From: a virus
Direction: 5' to 3' (one strand)
Length of the DNA stretch: 64,000 bases
Virus record (IMG/VR): IMGVR_UViG_3300045600_000078
Location: 1-64,000 of that record
This document shows, in pieces, positions 37,606 to 45,340 of the stretch. The position numbers and the translations under genes were made by a program. The first letter of the stretch is position 1. Each line of letters opens with the position of its first letter. The notes under the pieces were generated by a model, which did no database searches, was not told the origin of the DNA, and was given only the letters and a program-made list of their open reading frames with translations.

Positions 37606-40314
37606 ATGAGCGACGAAGATCAAGAAGAGCGATATTTGATTCACTATGGTACGCCTAGGCACTCCGGGAGGTATCCTTGGGGCTCTGGTGAAAACCCATG
37701 CCAGCGTAATGGCAATTTCTTAAGTCGATATTCAGATCTTCATGAACAGGGCATCGCCGATAAGGACATAGCAAAAGCAATGGGTATGTCCCTTAACGAT
37801 CTTAGATCTCAGCGCCAGCTGGCAAAGGTTGAACAGAAGGCCTCCGATATTTCTACGGCTCGAAGGCTTAAGGATTCGGGAATGAGCATAACGGCTATTA
37901 GCCGTCAGATGGAAAAAAACGAATCGTCTATCAGATCCCTGCTCAATCCATCTAATAAAATGCGTAATGATCGGCTCATTACTACTCGAGACATGCTCAA
38001 AGATCAGATAGAAAAGAAAAAGTATCTTGATGTCGGCAAGGGCGTTGAGTACGATGTCGGAGTCAGCAAGCAAATGCTTGATAACGCTGTCAATACTTTA
38101 ACCCATGAAGGTTATCAGGTAATTAATCTTCAGGTTACCCAGCGAGGAACCGGTCTTAAGACTACCCGAAAGGTTCTTTGCCCTGAAGGAACCACACTTC
38201 AAGATGTTCGTGATCATCAAGCAGACATTGGCCTGATTAATGAACGTTGGAGTGATGATACACAATCATATTCTTCATTGGGTCTTAAGCCAATAAAGAG
38301 TATCTCGTCTAAGCGTGTAGCTATTCGCTATGGCGACGAAGGTGGAACCGATAGAGACGGCGTTATAGAGTTGCGCCGAGGAGTTGCTGGGCTTGACCTT
38401 GGTGATTCGAGGTATGCCCAGGTTCGAATTGGAGTTGATGGCACACATTATCTTAAGGGAATGGCTATCTATAGTGATAACGTTCCTAAGGGATACGATA
38501 TTCTGTTTAACACCAACAAGGCTTCAGGAACTCCTAAAAAAGACGTTCTTAAGTCAATGGAAACTAACAAGGACGGCTCCATAAACAAAGACAATCCATT
38601 CAAGACGTCTCTTAAGCTTGACGAGAGTCTTCATCCTGTGCAAAAGGGATATTTGAACGTTGTTCGCGAAGAGGGAGACTGGGGAAAGTGGAAGAAGACC
38701 CTTGCTTCCCAGATGCTGGCAAAGCAGCCGCAAGAGCTGATTAACAAACAGCTCAATCTTACATATTCTTCGAAACGATCTGAGCTTGATGAGATTAAGG
38801 CACTTACCAATCCCGCAGTTAAGAAGAAGCTTCTTATGAGCTTTGCTGATGGGTGCGATTCAGACGCTGACCATCTCTCTGCAGCAGCTATGCCTAGACA
38901 GGCAACTAAGGTTCTTTTGCCCCTCACGGATATTGCATCAAACAAGATCTATGCTCCGGATTATAGAGATGGCGAGTCGGTGGTTCTCATTCGATATCCT
39001 CACGGAGGAAAGTTTGAGATTCCAGAGTTGACGGTTGACAATCATAGTTCCAAAGAAGCTAAGAGTATATTTAAGGGTGGCGGGCAGCTTAAGGACGCCG
39101 TGGGTATTAATACGGATGTAGCTGCTCGTCTTTCTGGTGCCGACTTTGATGGCGACACGGTTCTTGTTATACCTAACTCGCGTAAAGAGATTAAAAGTTC
39201 TTCTCCGCTAAAGGGGCTTAAGGACTTCAATCCTTCGGAGGCATATCCTGGCTACGAGGGAATGAAGGTTCTTAGTGATAAGCAAAAGGGTAATGAAATG
39301 GGTAAGGTGACCAACCTTATTACAGACATGACCCTTAAGGGGGCTAGTGACGAAGAGCTAACTCGTGCTGTTAAGCATTCAATGGTTGTCATTGATGCCC
39401 ACAAACATAAGCTTAACTACAAGCAGTCCGAAAAAGACAATGGAATTAAAGAGCTTAAGGAAAAGTACCAAGGGCATTACGACGAGGATGGCAAGTTTAA
39501 GACCGGAGCCTCTACGGTTATATCTAGGGCGAAAGCTGAAACGCGTGTTCCCAAGCGTAGGATGAATTACAAGATAAATCCTACTACTGGTGAAAAAGAA
39601 TGGATGTATACCGGGGATAAAAAGGCTATCGTTAAAGTTGACAAGAACACCGGAGAAAAGAAAGTAGTTAAATACGAGCCGGTTCTTATGGTGTCAACTC
39701 AGATGGCTGAAACAAAAGATGCTAATACTCTTTCTTCGGGAACGGATCCAGAAAAGGCATACGCCAAGCACGCTAATAAGCTCAAGGCTTTAGCAAACGA
39801 AGCCCGTCTTACGGCTGTAAACACGAAGCCTATGGCTTGGTCTAGTTCAGCTAAGAAAACATATTCTGCTGAAGTGGAATCGCTTGATGCCAAGCTGGCC
39901 AATGCTAAACGTAAGGCTCCACTTGAACGTAAGGCTCAGAGTATAGCTAACCAACAGGTATCGATTGCCCGACAGGATAATCCAGACATGGAAAAAGAAG
40001 ATCTTAAGAAAGTCGGTACCCAAGCGTTGACTGCAGCACGAGCAAATCTTGGTATGAAAAAAGTTGATGTCGATATTACTCCTAAGGAATGGGAAGCCAT
40101 TCAGGCTGGGGCAATAAGCGATCACAAGCTTAGCGAGATATTAACACGTGCTGATTTGGATGTGGTTAAGGCTTATGCTACACCTCGAAACAAGAAGACT
40201 TTGACTGCGGCAAAGAAGGCTCAGATAAAGGCTGCATATTCTAGAGGCTTTACTCAGAGAGAGATTGCTGACATGTTTGGAATATCTCCTTCGACAGTAA
40301 ATGAAATAGTTTAA
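37606..40314 (+). CDS. Candidate single-polypeptide two-barrel (YonO-like) RNA polymerase with HTH modules
   Basis: VVLIRYPHGG...AVGINTDVAARLSGADFDGDTVLVIP aligns with the beta-prime DPBB ([10 protein letters not shown]...[26 protein letters not shown]). THYLKGMAI resembles the beta RHGxKG motif. C-terminal FTQREIADMFGISPSTVNEIV is HTH-like. Start at ATG 37606, 8 nt after GGAGGTG. Confidence 0.55.
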   Translation: MSDEDQEERYLIHYGTPRHSGRYPWGSGENPCQRNGNFLSRYSDLHEQGIADKDIAKAMGMSLNDLRSQRQLAKVEQKASDISTARRLKDSGMSITAISRQMEKNESSIRSLLNPSNKMRNDRLITTRDMLKDQIEKKKYLDVGKGVEYDVGVSKQMLDNAVNTLTHEGYQVINLQVTQRGTGLKTTRKVLCPEGTTLQDVRDHQADIGLINERWSDDTQSYSSLGLKPIKSISSKRVAIRYGDEGGTDRDGVIELRRGVAGLDLGDSRYAQVRIGVDGTHYLKGMAIYSDNVPKGYDILFNTNKASGTPKKDVLKSMETNKDGSINKDNPFKTSLKLDESLHPVQKGYLNVVREEGDWGKWKKTLASQMLAKQPQELINKQLNLTYSSKRSELDEIKALTNPAVKKKLLMSFADGCDSDADHLSAAAMPRQATKVLLPLTDIASNKIYAPDYRDGESVVLIRYPHGGKFEIPELTVDNHSSKEAKSIFKGGGQLKDAVGINTDVAARLSGADFDGDTVLVIPNSRKEIKSSSPLKGLKDFNPSEAYPGYEGMKVLSDKQKGNEMGKVTNLITDMTLKGASDEELTRAVKHSMVVIDAHKHKLNYKQSEKDNGIKELKEKYQGHYDEDGKFKTGASTVISRAKAETRVPKRRMNYKINPTTGEKEWMYTGDKKAIVKVDKNTGEKKVVKYEPVLMVSTQMAETKDANTLSSGTDPEKAYAKHANKLKALANEARLTAVNTKPMAWSSSAKKTYSAEVESLDAKLANAKRKAPLERKAQSIANQQVSIARQDNPDMEKEDLKKVGTQALTAARANLGMKKVDVDITPKEWEAIQAGAISDHKLSEILTRADLDVVKAYATPRNKKTLTAAKKAQIKAAYSRGFTQREIADMFGISPSTVNEIV

Positions 40315-40319
40315 TTATC

Positions 40320-40367
40320 AGAATAGCCACCTAGCTTCTATAGTGGGTGGCTATTCTATATTTTTTG
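40320..40367 (+). terminator. Strong intrinsic terminator after the RNAP-candidate gene
   Basis: AGAATAGCCACC ... GGTGGCTATTCT (12 bp) followed by ATATTTTTT. Confidence 0.7.
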
Positions 40368-40729
40368 ATTATTAGTTTTTACTTATACTTTGTTTATACT
40401 TTTTATCCCCGTCATAGCTATATTTTTTACTATATTAAAGATGTTATTATGTTTTATATTTAGCATGGGGCGATACCCCCACTGATAAGTATATTCTTAT
40501 AACAGAAAATTAGAAATAGGTTAATAAAAAGACTGCTACTATAATTTCGAAAAAATTTAATCAGTTTTTTACACGAGTTTTTAAATGGAAGTGTCCTAAA
40601 AAGAGTTGTCTTAAAAATTTGATTAAATAGTTTTGAGATTTTAGTTTTATCTACTTTCTAAGTTATACTTTTCTATATTTACTTCTTTTTTAGGTATAAA
40701 AAATGAATTTTATCAGGGGTTATTTGACA

Positions 40730-40777
40730 ATATAATATAAAAACGTGTGAATATAATATAAAATATAATATAAAAAT
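40730..40777. repeat. Three copies of TATAATATAAAA in the AT-rich control region
   Basis: Copies at 40731, 40752 and 40764; preceded by TTGACA at 40724. Confidence 0.6.
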
Positions 40778-40831
40778 GACGTTCTATCGTTCTTTTTGCT
40801 CCATATTAGCCAAAATATAGCCTAAAAGTAG

Positions 40832-41089
40832 GTGATAACGTTGATTACCAAGTATTTAAGCACTATAGATAACCCATTTGACCCAGCTACGGACTTTGAT
40901 AGGTGGTATGCCTATGATGAGCAGAAGGGGTATCACACATGCTCCTATCTAGCTAGGATAGCGCGTACATCCAGCTCTCTTACAGAGGCTGAGAACCAAC
41001 GGGCTATCAATGCCGCAATAGATGACATAGTCCGATTGAACATCAACGGAATGTACATCATGACCAGGGAAGGTACCGAGGATGAGTAG
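40832..41089 (+). CDS. Hypothetical protein (85 aa, GTG/TTG start), isolated inside the non-coding region
   Basis: ORF with IDNPFDPATDFDRWYAYDEQKGYHTCSYLARIA; weak RBS. Confidence 0.4.
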   Translation: MITLITKYLSTIDNPFDPATDFDRWYAYDEQKGYHTCSYLARIARTSSSLTEAENQRAINAAIDDIVRLNINGMYIMTREGTEDE

Positions 41090-41090
41090 G

Positions 41091-41132
41091 GTCCTACCCC
41101 CTACCCCTACCCCTGCCCACCCTACGGCCCTA
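41091..41132 (-). other. G-quadruplex-type tract (C-runs on +, G-runs on -)
   Basis: CCTACCCCCTACCCCTACCCCTGCCCACCCTACGGCCC: at least five runs of 3 or more C in an otherwise AT-rich region. Confidence 0.5.
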
Positions 41133-41324
41133 TGGGTAAGACTAAGAGAAGTAGTCTAACACTTTAGTTGTTAACAAATGTGATTACACAAAAGAGAATT
41201 GTTCTATCCGGCACACCCGACCCTTCCCCCTTGGCCCTCCTCACTAGCGAACTAATAAAAAGTTTCTAAAAACTTTTACAAAAAACTTTTACACAACAAG
41301 GACACATATTTGCCATAATTTTAT

Positions 41325-41390
41325 AAAAAAAATAAAAAAATAAAAAAATAAAAAAAAATAAATTTTTATTTTAAAAAAATATTACTGACA
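41325..41390. repeat. Phased A-tract block
   Basis: ATAAAAAAAATAAAAAAATAAAAAAATAAAAAAAAATAAATTTTTATTTTAAAAAAAT. Confidence 0.7.
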
Positions 41391-41424
41391 TATTAAAAAA
41401 ATAATATAAAATAGATCTAAAAAA

Positions 41425-41475
41425 GGGGGGGGAGGTGCCGGGGTATACCCCCCCTCCCTGCATCGCCGGCCTCCT
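41425..41475. repeat. GC-rich nested imperfect palindrome flanked by A-runs
   Basis: GGGGGGGGAGGTGCCGGGGTATACCCCCCCTCCCTGCATCGCCGGCCTCC. Inner perfect palindrome GGGGTATACCCC; outer GGAGG(T)GCCGG / CCGGCCTCC. Confidence 0.6.
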
Positions 41476-41500
41476 AAAAAAAGCTCCGGGGGTTATATTC

Positions 41501-41626
41501 TTAGAAGGTTTTCTGAGAGATGTGGATAGTTAAACTGACCACACAGTAAAAGTTTCCCACTTTCCTCTCTTTTCATGGGTAAAAACTATATTAAAACTAG
41601 TCCACATCTCTCAGAAAGTCTTCTAA
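41501..41626 (+). repeat. 26-bp inverted repeat enclosing 74 nt (long stem-loop)
   Basis: TTAGAAGGTTTTCTGAGAGATGTGGA (41501-41526) against TCCACATCTCTCAGAAAGTCTTCTAA (41601-41626). The two differences are G.U-compatible only in + strand RNA. Confidence 0.7.
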
Positions 41627-41732
41627 TAGTGTTTCAATCTAATAGCATATTCTTCAAAACTAGGCTAATAGTATTGAAAACAAATGGTGTTCTTTTCAAA
41701 GAGTAATTAATTTGTACAGAAAGGAAACGATT

Positions 41733-41840
41733 ATGGCTGAAACTAATGTTCCCGAGCACATTACAGATCACATTGATGGCCCACAGGATGGCGACGGCCC
41801 GGATGATGTCGAGGTGAAGCAAGATGGGACAAGCAAATGA
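41733..41840 (+). CDS. Small acidic leader ORF (35 aa) overlapping the start of the second CHAP lysin; paralog of 2436..2555
   Basis: MAETNVPEHITDHIDGPQDGDGPDDVEVKQDGTSK; RBS GAAAGGAA. Confidence 0.4.
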   Translation: MAETNVPEHITDHIDGPQDGDGPDDVEVKQDGTSK

Positions 41841-42756
41841 CCTTTTAAATGCCGAACGAGGCGAACTTGGATATTCTCGTTGGAATGATCCCGAGGCTGG
41901 TACTAAGTATGGTCGTTGGTATGCTTCAATGAGTGGCGATTCTTACTATGGCGAAAGCGGAGTTCCTTATTGCGCCATGTTTCAGTCTTGGTGTCTAGCT
42001 CAGTCTGGTGTAACTGCTTCTGGTATGCCTGGCGCATATTGTCCTTCGATTCTTTCGGCGGCTCGATCCGACGGGGCTCTTGTTTACAACGAGGATGCTC
42101 AGCCCGGAGACTTACTTCTGTTTGACTGGAATGGTGATGGCAGCCCAGACCATATAGGTTGCTGCGAAGTTAACCATCCGAGTCAATCATATATGGAAAC
42201 CATTGAAGGCAACACCAACAACGGATGTGTTGCTCGACGTACTCGTTCGTATTCTAACATCATCGGAGTAATCCGTCCGACATATTCAGTTGTTCCTGAT
42301 CATCGCCATTCCGCGGTGCAGCTCTATGATGGAAACTCAACCGATGCCCAGAGGTTCAGTCGTATCAATCATGACGATGGATCACAGTCGTATATTTTCA
42401 TTAGCTGTGGTCTCGCTCTTGATGTGTGCAATGGTCGTGGTGAAGCGGGAACCCCAATTCAGGCCTATGAACAAAACGGAACTGCGGCTCAAGGTTGGAT
42501 CATGGAAGATGTTGAGAACGCATCCATCTACAAGCCTGGAAATGCGGTTCCCGTTGTTCTTCGTTCCGCGCTCGATCGTAATCTTGTTCTTGATTGCATC
42601 AGTGGAGGGAAAGTTGACGGTACTCCTCTTCAGCTTTGGCCGTACAATGGCACCGCTGCTCAGCAGTGGGCAATAGTCGATCATGGCGATGGAAGTATTA
42701 CATTAATCAACGTCGGGTCTAGTAAAGCGCTCGACGTTGTCGGTGGAGGAAATTAG
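41824..42756 (+). CDS. CHAP peptidoglycan hydrolase + ricin-type (QxW)3 lectin domain
   Basis: The CHAP domain is highly similar to 2545..4071 (GYSRWNDPEAGTKYGRWY, YCAMFQSWC, PDHIGCCE). Lectin: DAQRF, AAQGW, AAQQW. Confidence 0.85.
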   Translation: MGQANDLLNAERGELGYSRWNDPEAGTKYGRWYASMSGDSYYGESGVPYCAMFQSWCLAQSGVTASGMPGAYCPSILSAARSDGALVYNEDAQPGDLLLFDWNGDGSPDHIGCCEVNHPSQSYMETIEGNTNNGCVARRTRSYSNIIGVIRPTYSVVPDHRHSAVQLYDGNSTDAQRFSRINHDDGSQSYIFISCGLALDVCNGRGEAGTPIQAYEQNGTAAQGWIMEDVENASIYKPGNAVPVVLRSALDRNLVLDCISGGKVDGTPLQLWPYNGTAAQQWAIVDHGDGSITLINVGSSKALDVVGGGN

Positions 42757-42916
42757 ATAAATTATTTTTTTATGATCTATAAAAAAGCATACATTAGATA
42801 AGCAGATTTCTAATTTCAAGAAAGAAGCCTCAAAGAGTATTGCGGACGTGCAAAGCTTCTTATCTAATTTGTTTAAGTAGTTACTACGAAAAGAGAGTAA
42901 GAAGGTGACCAACCTA

Positions 42917-43258
42917 ATGGCAAGAGTACGAAAGGCATCTTCCACTGACGAGCCAATGTCTTCGGCTCAGACTCCTAAGGACCAAGAAGATGTAATGATC
43001 AACTTGGCGATGAAACAGGCTGAGGAACAACTCCGAGAAGGAAAGGCTCCAGCGCAAGTTGTCGTTCATTTCTTGAAATTAGGTTCTACTCGAGAGCGGC
43101 TTGAGCAAGAAGATCTTGAGCAAAAGGTTAGGCTCGAGCAAGCTAAGACTGAATCTCTTCAGTCTCAGAAGCGTATTGAAGATCTATATTCAAATGCACT
43201 CAAGGCTATGCGCAATTACAGCGGCCAAGATGAAGCGCAAGATGACGAAGATGTATAG
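42917..43258 (+). CDS. Coiled-coil protein at the head of the packaging module (small-terminase candidate by position only)
   Basis: RBS AGAAGGTGA; 113 aa; helical, charged; immediately upstream of HNH. Confidence 0.3.
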   Translation: MARVRKASSTDEPMSSAQTPKDQEDVMINLAMKQAEEQLREGKAPAQVVVHFLKLGSTRERLEQEDLEQKVRLEQAKTESLQSQKRIEDLYSNALKAMRNYSGQDEAQDDEDV

Positions 43259-43661
43259 AACATATTCAGAATTGATGTCATTCAGGACATTTGAGGATCG
43301 ATACAATTACGCAAGATTAGTTGGAGAAGTTGGGGCATTAACTTTTGGATCTTCTCGATATTTGAATCAAGCGTTTTACAGATCGGCTCGATGGAAACAA
43401 CTTAGAAATGAAATTATTATACGCGATGATGGCTGTGATCTTGGAATACCGGATCGAATGATTGGTGGACGAATTCTAGTTCATCATTTGAATCCAGTAA
43501 CTGAAGATGATTTGCTTAATCGAGATTATGATATTTTTAATCCTGAGAATTTAATTTGTGTATCTAATAATACCCATCAAGCCATTCACTATGGCGATGG
43601 GGCAATGCTAATGCATGATCCAATTGAACGTACAAAAAATGATACTATCCCGTGGAAATAG
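43251..43661 (+). CDS. HNH endonuclease (packaging-associated type)
   Basis: RWKQLRNEIIIRDDGCDLG...LVHHLNP...NLICVSNNTHQAIH. Start overlaps the upstream stop. Confidence 0.8.
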   Translation: MYRTYSELMSFRTFEDRYNYARLVGEVGALTFGSSRYLNQAFYRSARWKQLRNEIIIRDDGCDLGIPDRMIGGRILVHHLNPVTEDDLLNRDYDIFNPENLICVSNNTHQAIHYGDGAMLMHDPIERTKNDTIPWK

Positions 43662-43673
43662 GAAGGAGGATCT

Positions 43674-44066
43674 ATGGAAAGCATCCTGACTACTATTAAG
43701 AAAATGCTTGGTATAGAAGAGTCGTTTACCAATTTTGATGATGAGCTTATCGTATACATTAATGGAGTCTTTACTACTTTATCGCAATTGGGAATAGGTG
43801 CTCCTAACTACATTATTACAGGGAAAGCAAATACGTGGACCGAGTTCGTTAAAGACGCTAAGAATCTCGAAGCCGTTAAGACTTATATTTATCTTAAGAC
43901 TCGACTTGTGTTTGATCCTCCGGCGTCATCAACAGTTATCACGGCTATTGAAAAACAGATCTCAGAAATAGAATGGCGACTTTGGCAAAATGCGGAAGAT
44001 CCAAAAGTCAATGCTGAAATAGCTAAGATGGCCGAACTTACTGCCGAAACGAATGATGAATCATGA
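43674..44066 (+). CDS. Hypothetical protein, possibly head-tail connector-like
   Basis: IKKMLGI...FDDELIVYINGVF..LSQLG...VKTYIYLKTRLVFDPP resembles gp6/QLRG-type connector N-termini; from recollection only. Confidence 0.3.
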   Translation: MESILTTIKKMLGIEESFTNFDDELIVYINGVFTTLSQLGIGAPNYIITGKANTWTEFVKDAKNLEAVKTYIYLKTRLVFDPPASSTVITAIEKQISEIEWRLWQNAEDPKVNAEIAKMAELTAETNDES

Positions 44067-44377
44067 AGAAACTATTTATTTCTCAGGCTATGTCTGGGAA
44101 AAGTGATAAAGAACTTATGGTCGAACGTGATTCCGCGTTAGTCTATGTCGAGTACAATCTTGGCGAAGAGTATGAAGAAATCGATTCTTCTTTTCCTGAT
44201 ATTGTTGATGAAGTGTTGACTGGAGATCAGCAGTCAGCTTTTGGTTTAGGAAAAGAAATAGAGTTATTGGCAGCTTCCGACGCTGCTTATTTTTGTACTG
44301 GATGGTATAAGAATCGCGGATGTCAAATAGAGCATCTTGTATGTGAAAAGTATCATATACCTATTGTATATGATTAA
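44063..44377 (+). CDS. DUF4406 / nucleoside 2-deoxyribosyltransferase-like protein
   Basis: MKKLFISQAMSGK...LAASDAAYFCTGWYKNRGCQIEH pattern (P-loop-less Rossmann, GW..S.G...E). Confidence 0.4.
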   Translation: MKKLFISQAMSGKSDKELMVERDSALVYVEYNLGEEYEEIDSSFPDIVDEVLTGDQQSAFGLGKEIELLAASDAAYFCTGWYKNRGCQIEHLVCEKYHIPIVYD

Positions 44378-44391
44378 GGAGGTGATATTAT

Positions 44392-45324
44392 ATGGCCGAA
44401 AACGAAGAGTATCTTGAACATCATGGAATTCTTGGAATGAAGTGGGGGGTTCGTCGATCGGATGCTCAGCTGGGATACAAGAAGTCTGATTCAACGTATG
44501 TTAAAGGCTTAAAGAAGAATATTAAAGCTGAAGGTCTTATCTCCGGGGTTCTTGATACCAAAGTTACAGGAACGAATAAGGGGAAATCAAAGACTAACAT
44601 TAAGTATAAGCAGGCAGTTAATAGGCAAAAGCTTAGTGAAAAGAAAGACGACATAAAGTCTTTGAATGCTGGGGTAGATCCAAAGAAGCGATCTGATAAC
44701 GAGTCAAAGTTATATGATGCTGTTGCTTTACGTATCGGTGGTACCTCTAGTCGTGGACGTGGCCCAGCTTCGACTCTTTCTAATGATGAATTAAAAAGTG
44801 CTGTTGAACGAATGTCTATGGAGAAGCGGTATCGTGAGCTTCAAGCTGATGATGCGCAGGCTCATATGTCTAAGGGTCAGCGTTTCATGAATACCGCCGG
44901 GGAAGTTCTTGGCCAGTCAATCAAGACTGCTTCTCAGCAATATTTGACTAAGCAAATTGGAAACATGCTTAACGGCGGGGCTTCTGATTCGCAATCTAAT
45001 GGTAATTCAAACAACAATGCTCGTACTACTGCACAGTCAATGGCTGATGATTTTGTTAAGGGAAACAAGAGCGACGTTTCCACGGCAAAAGAATTTGGGC
45101 AAATTCTTAAGAAAGCCGACAATAATTATGGTGCGTATCAGTCAAAGATGGGCGAAAAGATAGACGATTATAATAATACTCCGGCAAACAAAACGACGGC
45201 ATATAAGACTGGCCAGATTATAAAGCGGGGGACTGATAAACTGGCGAATTACAAGTCTAATATGAATACGAGCATGAATTCGAATGAGCTCGATGGTTAT
45301 AAGGCTAAGCATCTAAAGAAGTAG
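44392..45324 (+). CDS. HHG-x-GMKWG N-terminal-motif protein, paralog 1 (310 aa)
   Basis: MAENEEYLEHHGILGMKWGVRR...; the rest is low-complexity and basic. RBS AAGGAGGTG. Confidence 0.6.
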   Translation: MAENEEYLEHHGILGMKWGVRRSDAQLGYKKSDSTYVKGLKKNIKAEGLISGVLDTKVTGTNKGKSKTNIKYKQAVNRQKLSEKKDDIKSLNAGVDPKKRSDNESKLYDAVALRIGGTSSRGRGPASTLSNDELKSAVERMSMEKRYRELQADDAQAHMSKGQRFMNTAGEVLGQSIKTASQQYLTKQIGNMLNGGASDSQSNGNSNNNARTTAQSMADDFVKGNKSDVSTAKEFGQILKKADNNYGAYQSKMGEKIDDYNNTPANKTTAYKTGQIIKRGTDKLANYKSNMNTSMNSNELDGYKAKHLKK

Positions 45325-45340
45325 ATATTTGGAGGCGACT

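Noticed and set aside
40724-40757. Canonical sigma-70 promoter (TTGACA ... TATAAT) in the AT-rich region
   Set aside because: The nearest TATAAT boxes are 1 nt or 22 nt from the TTGACA, not 16-18. In such AT-rich repeat DNA the hexamers are expected by chance.
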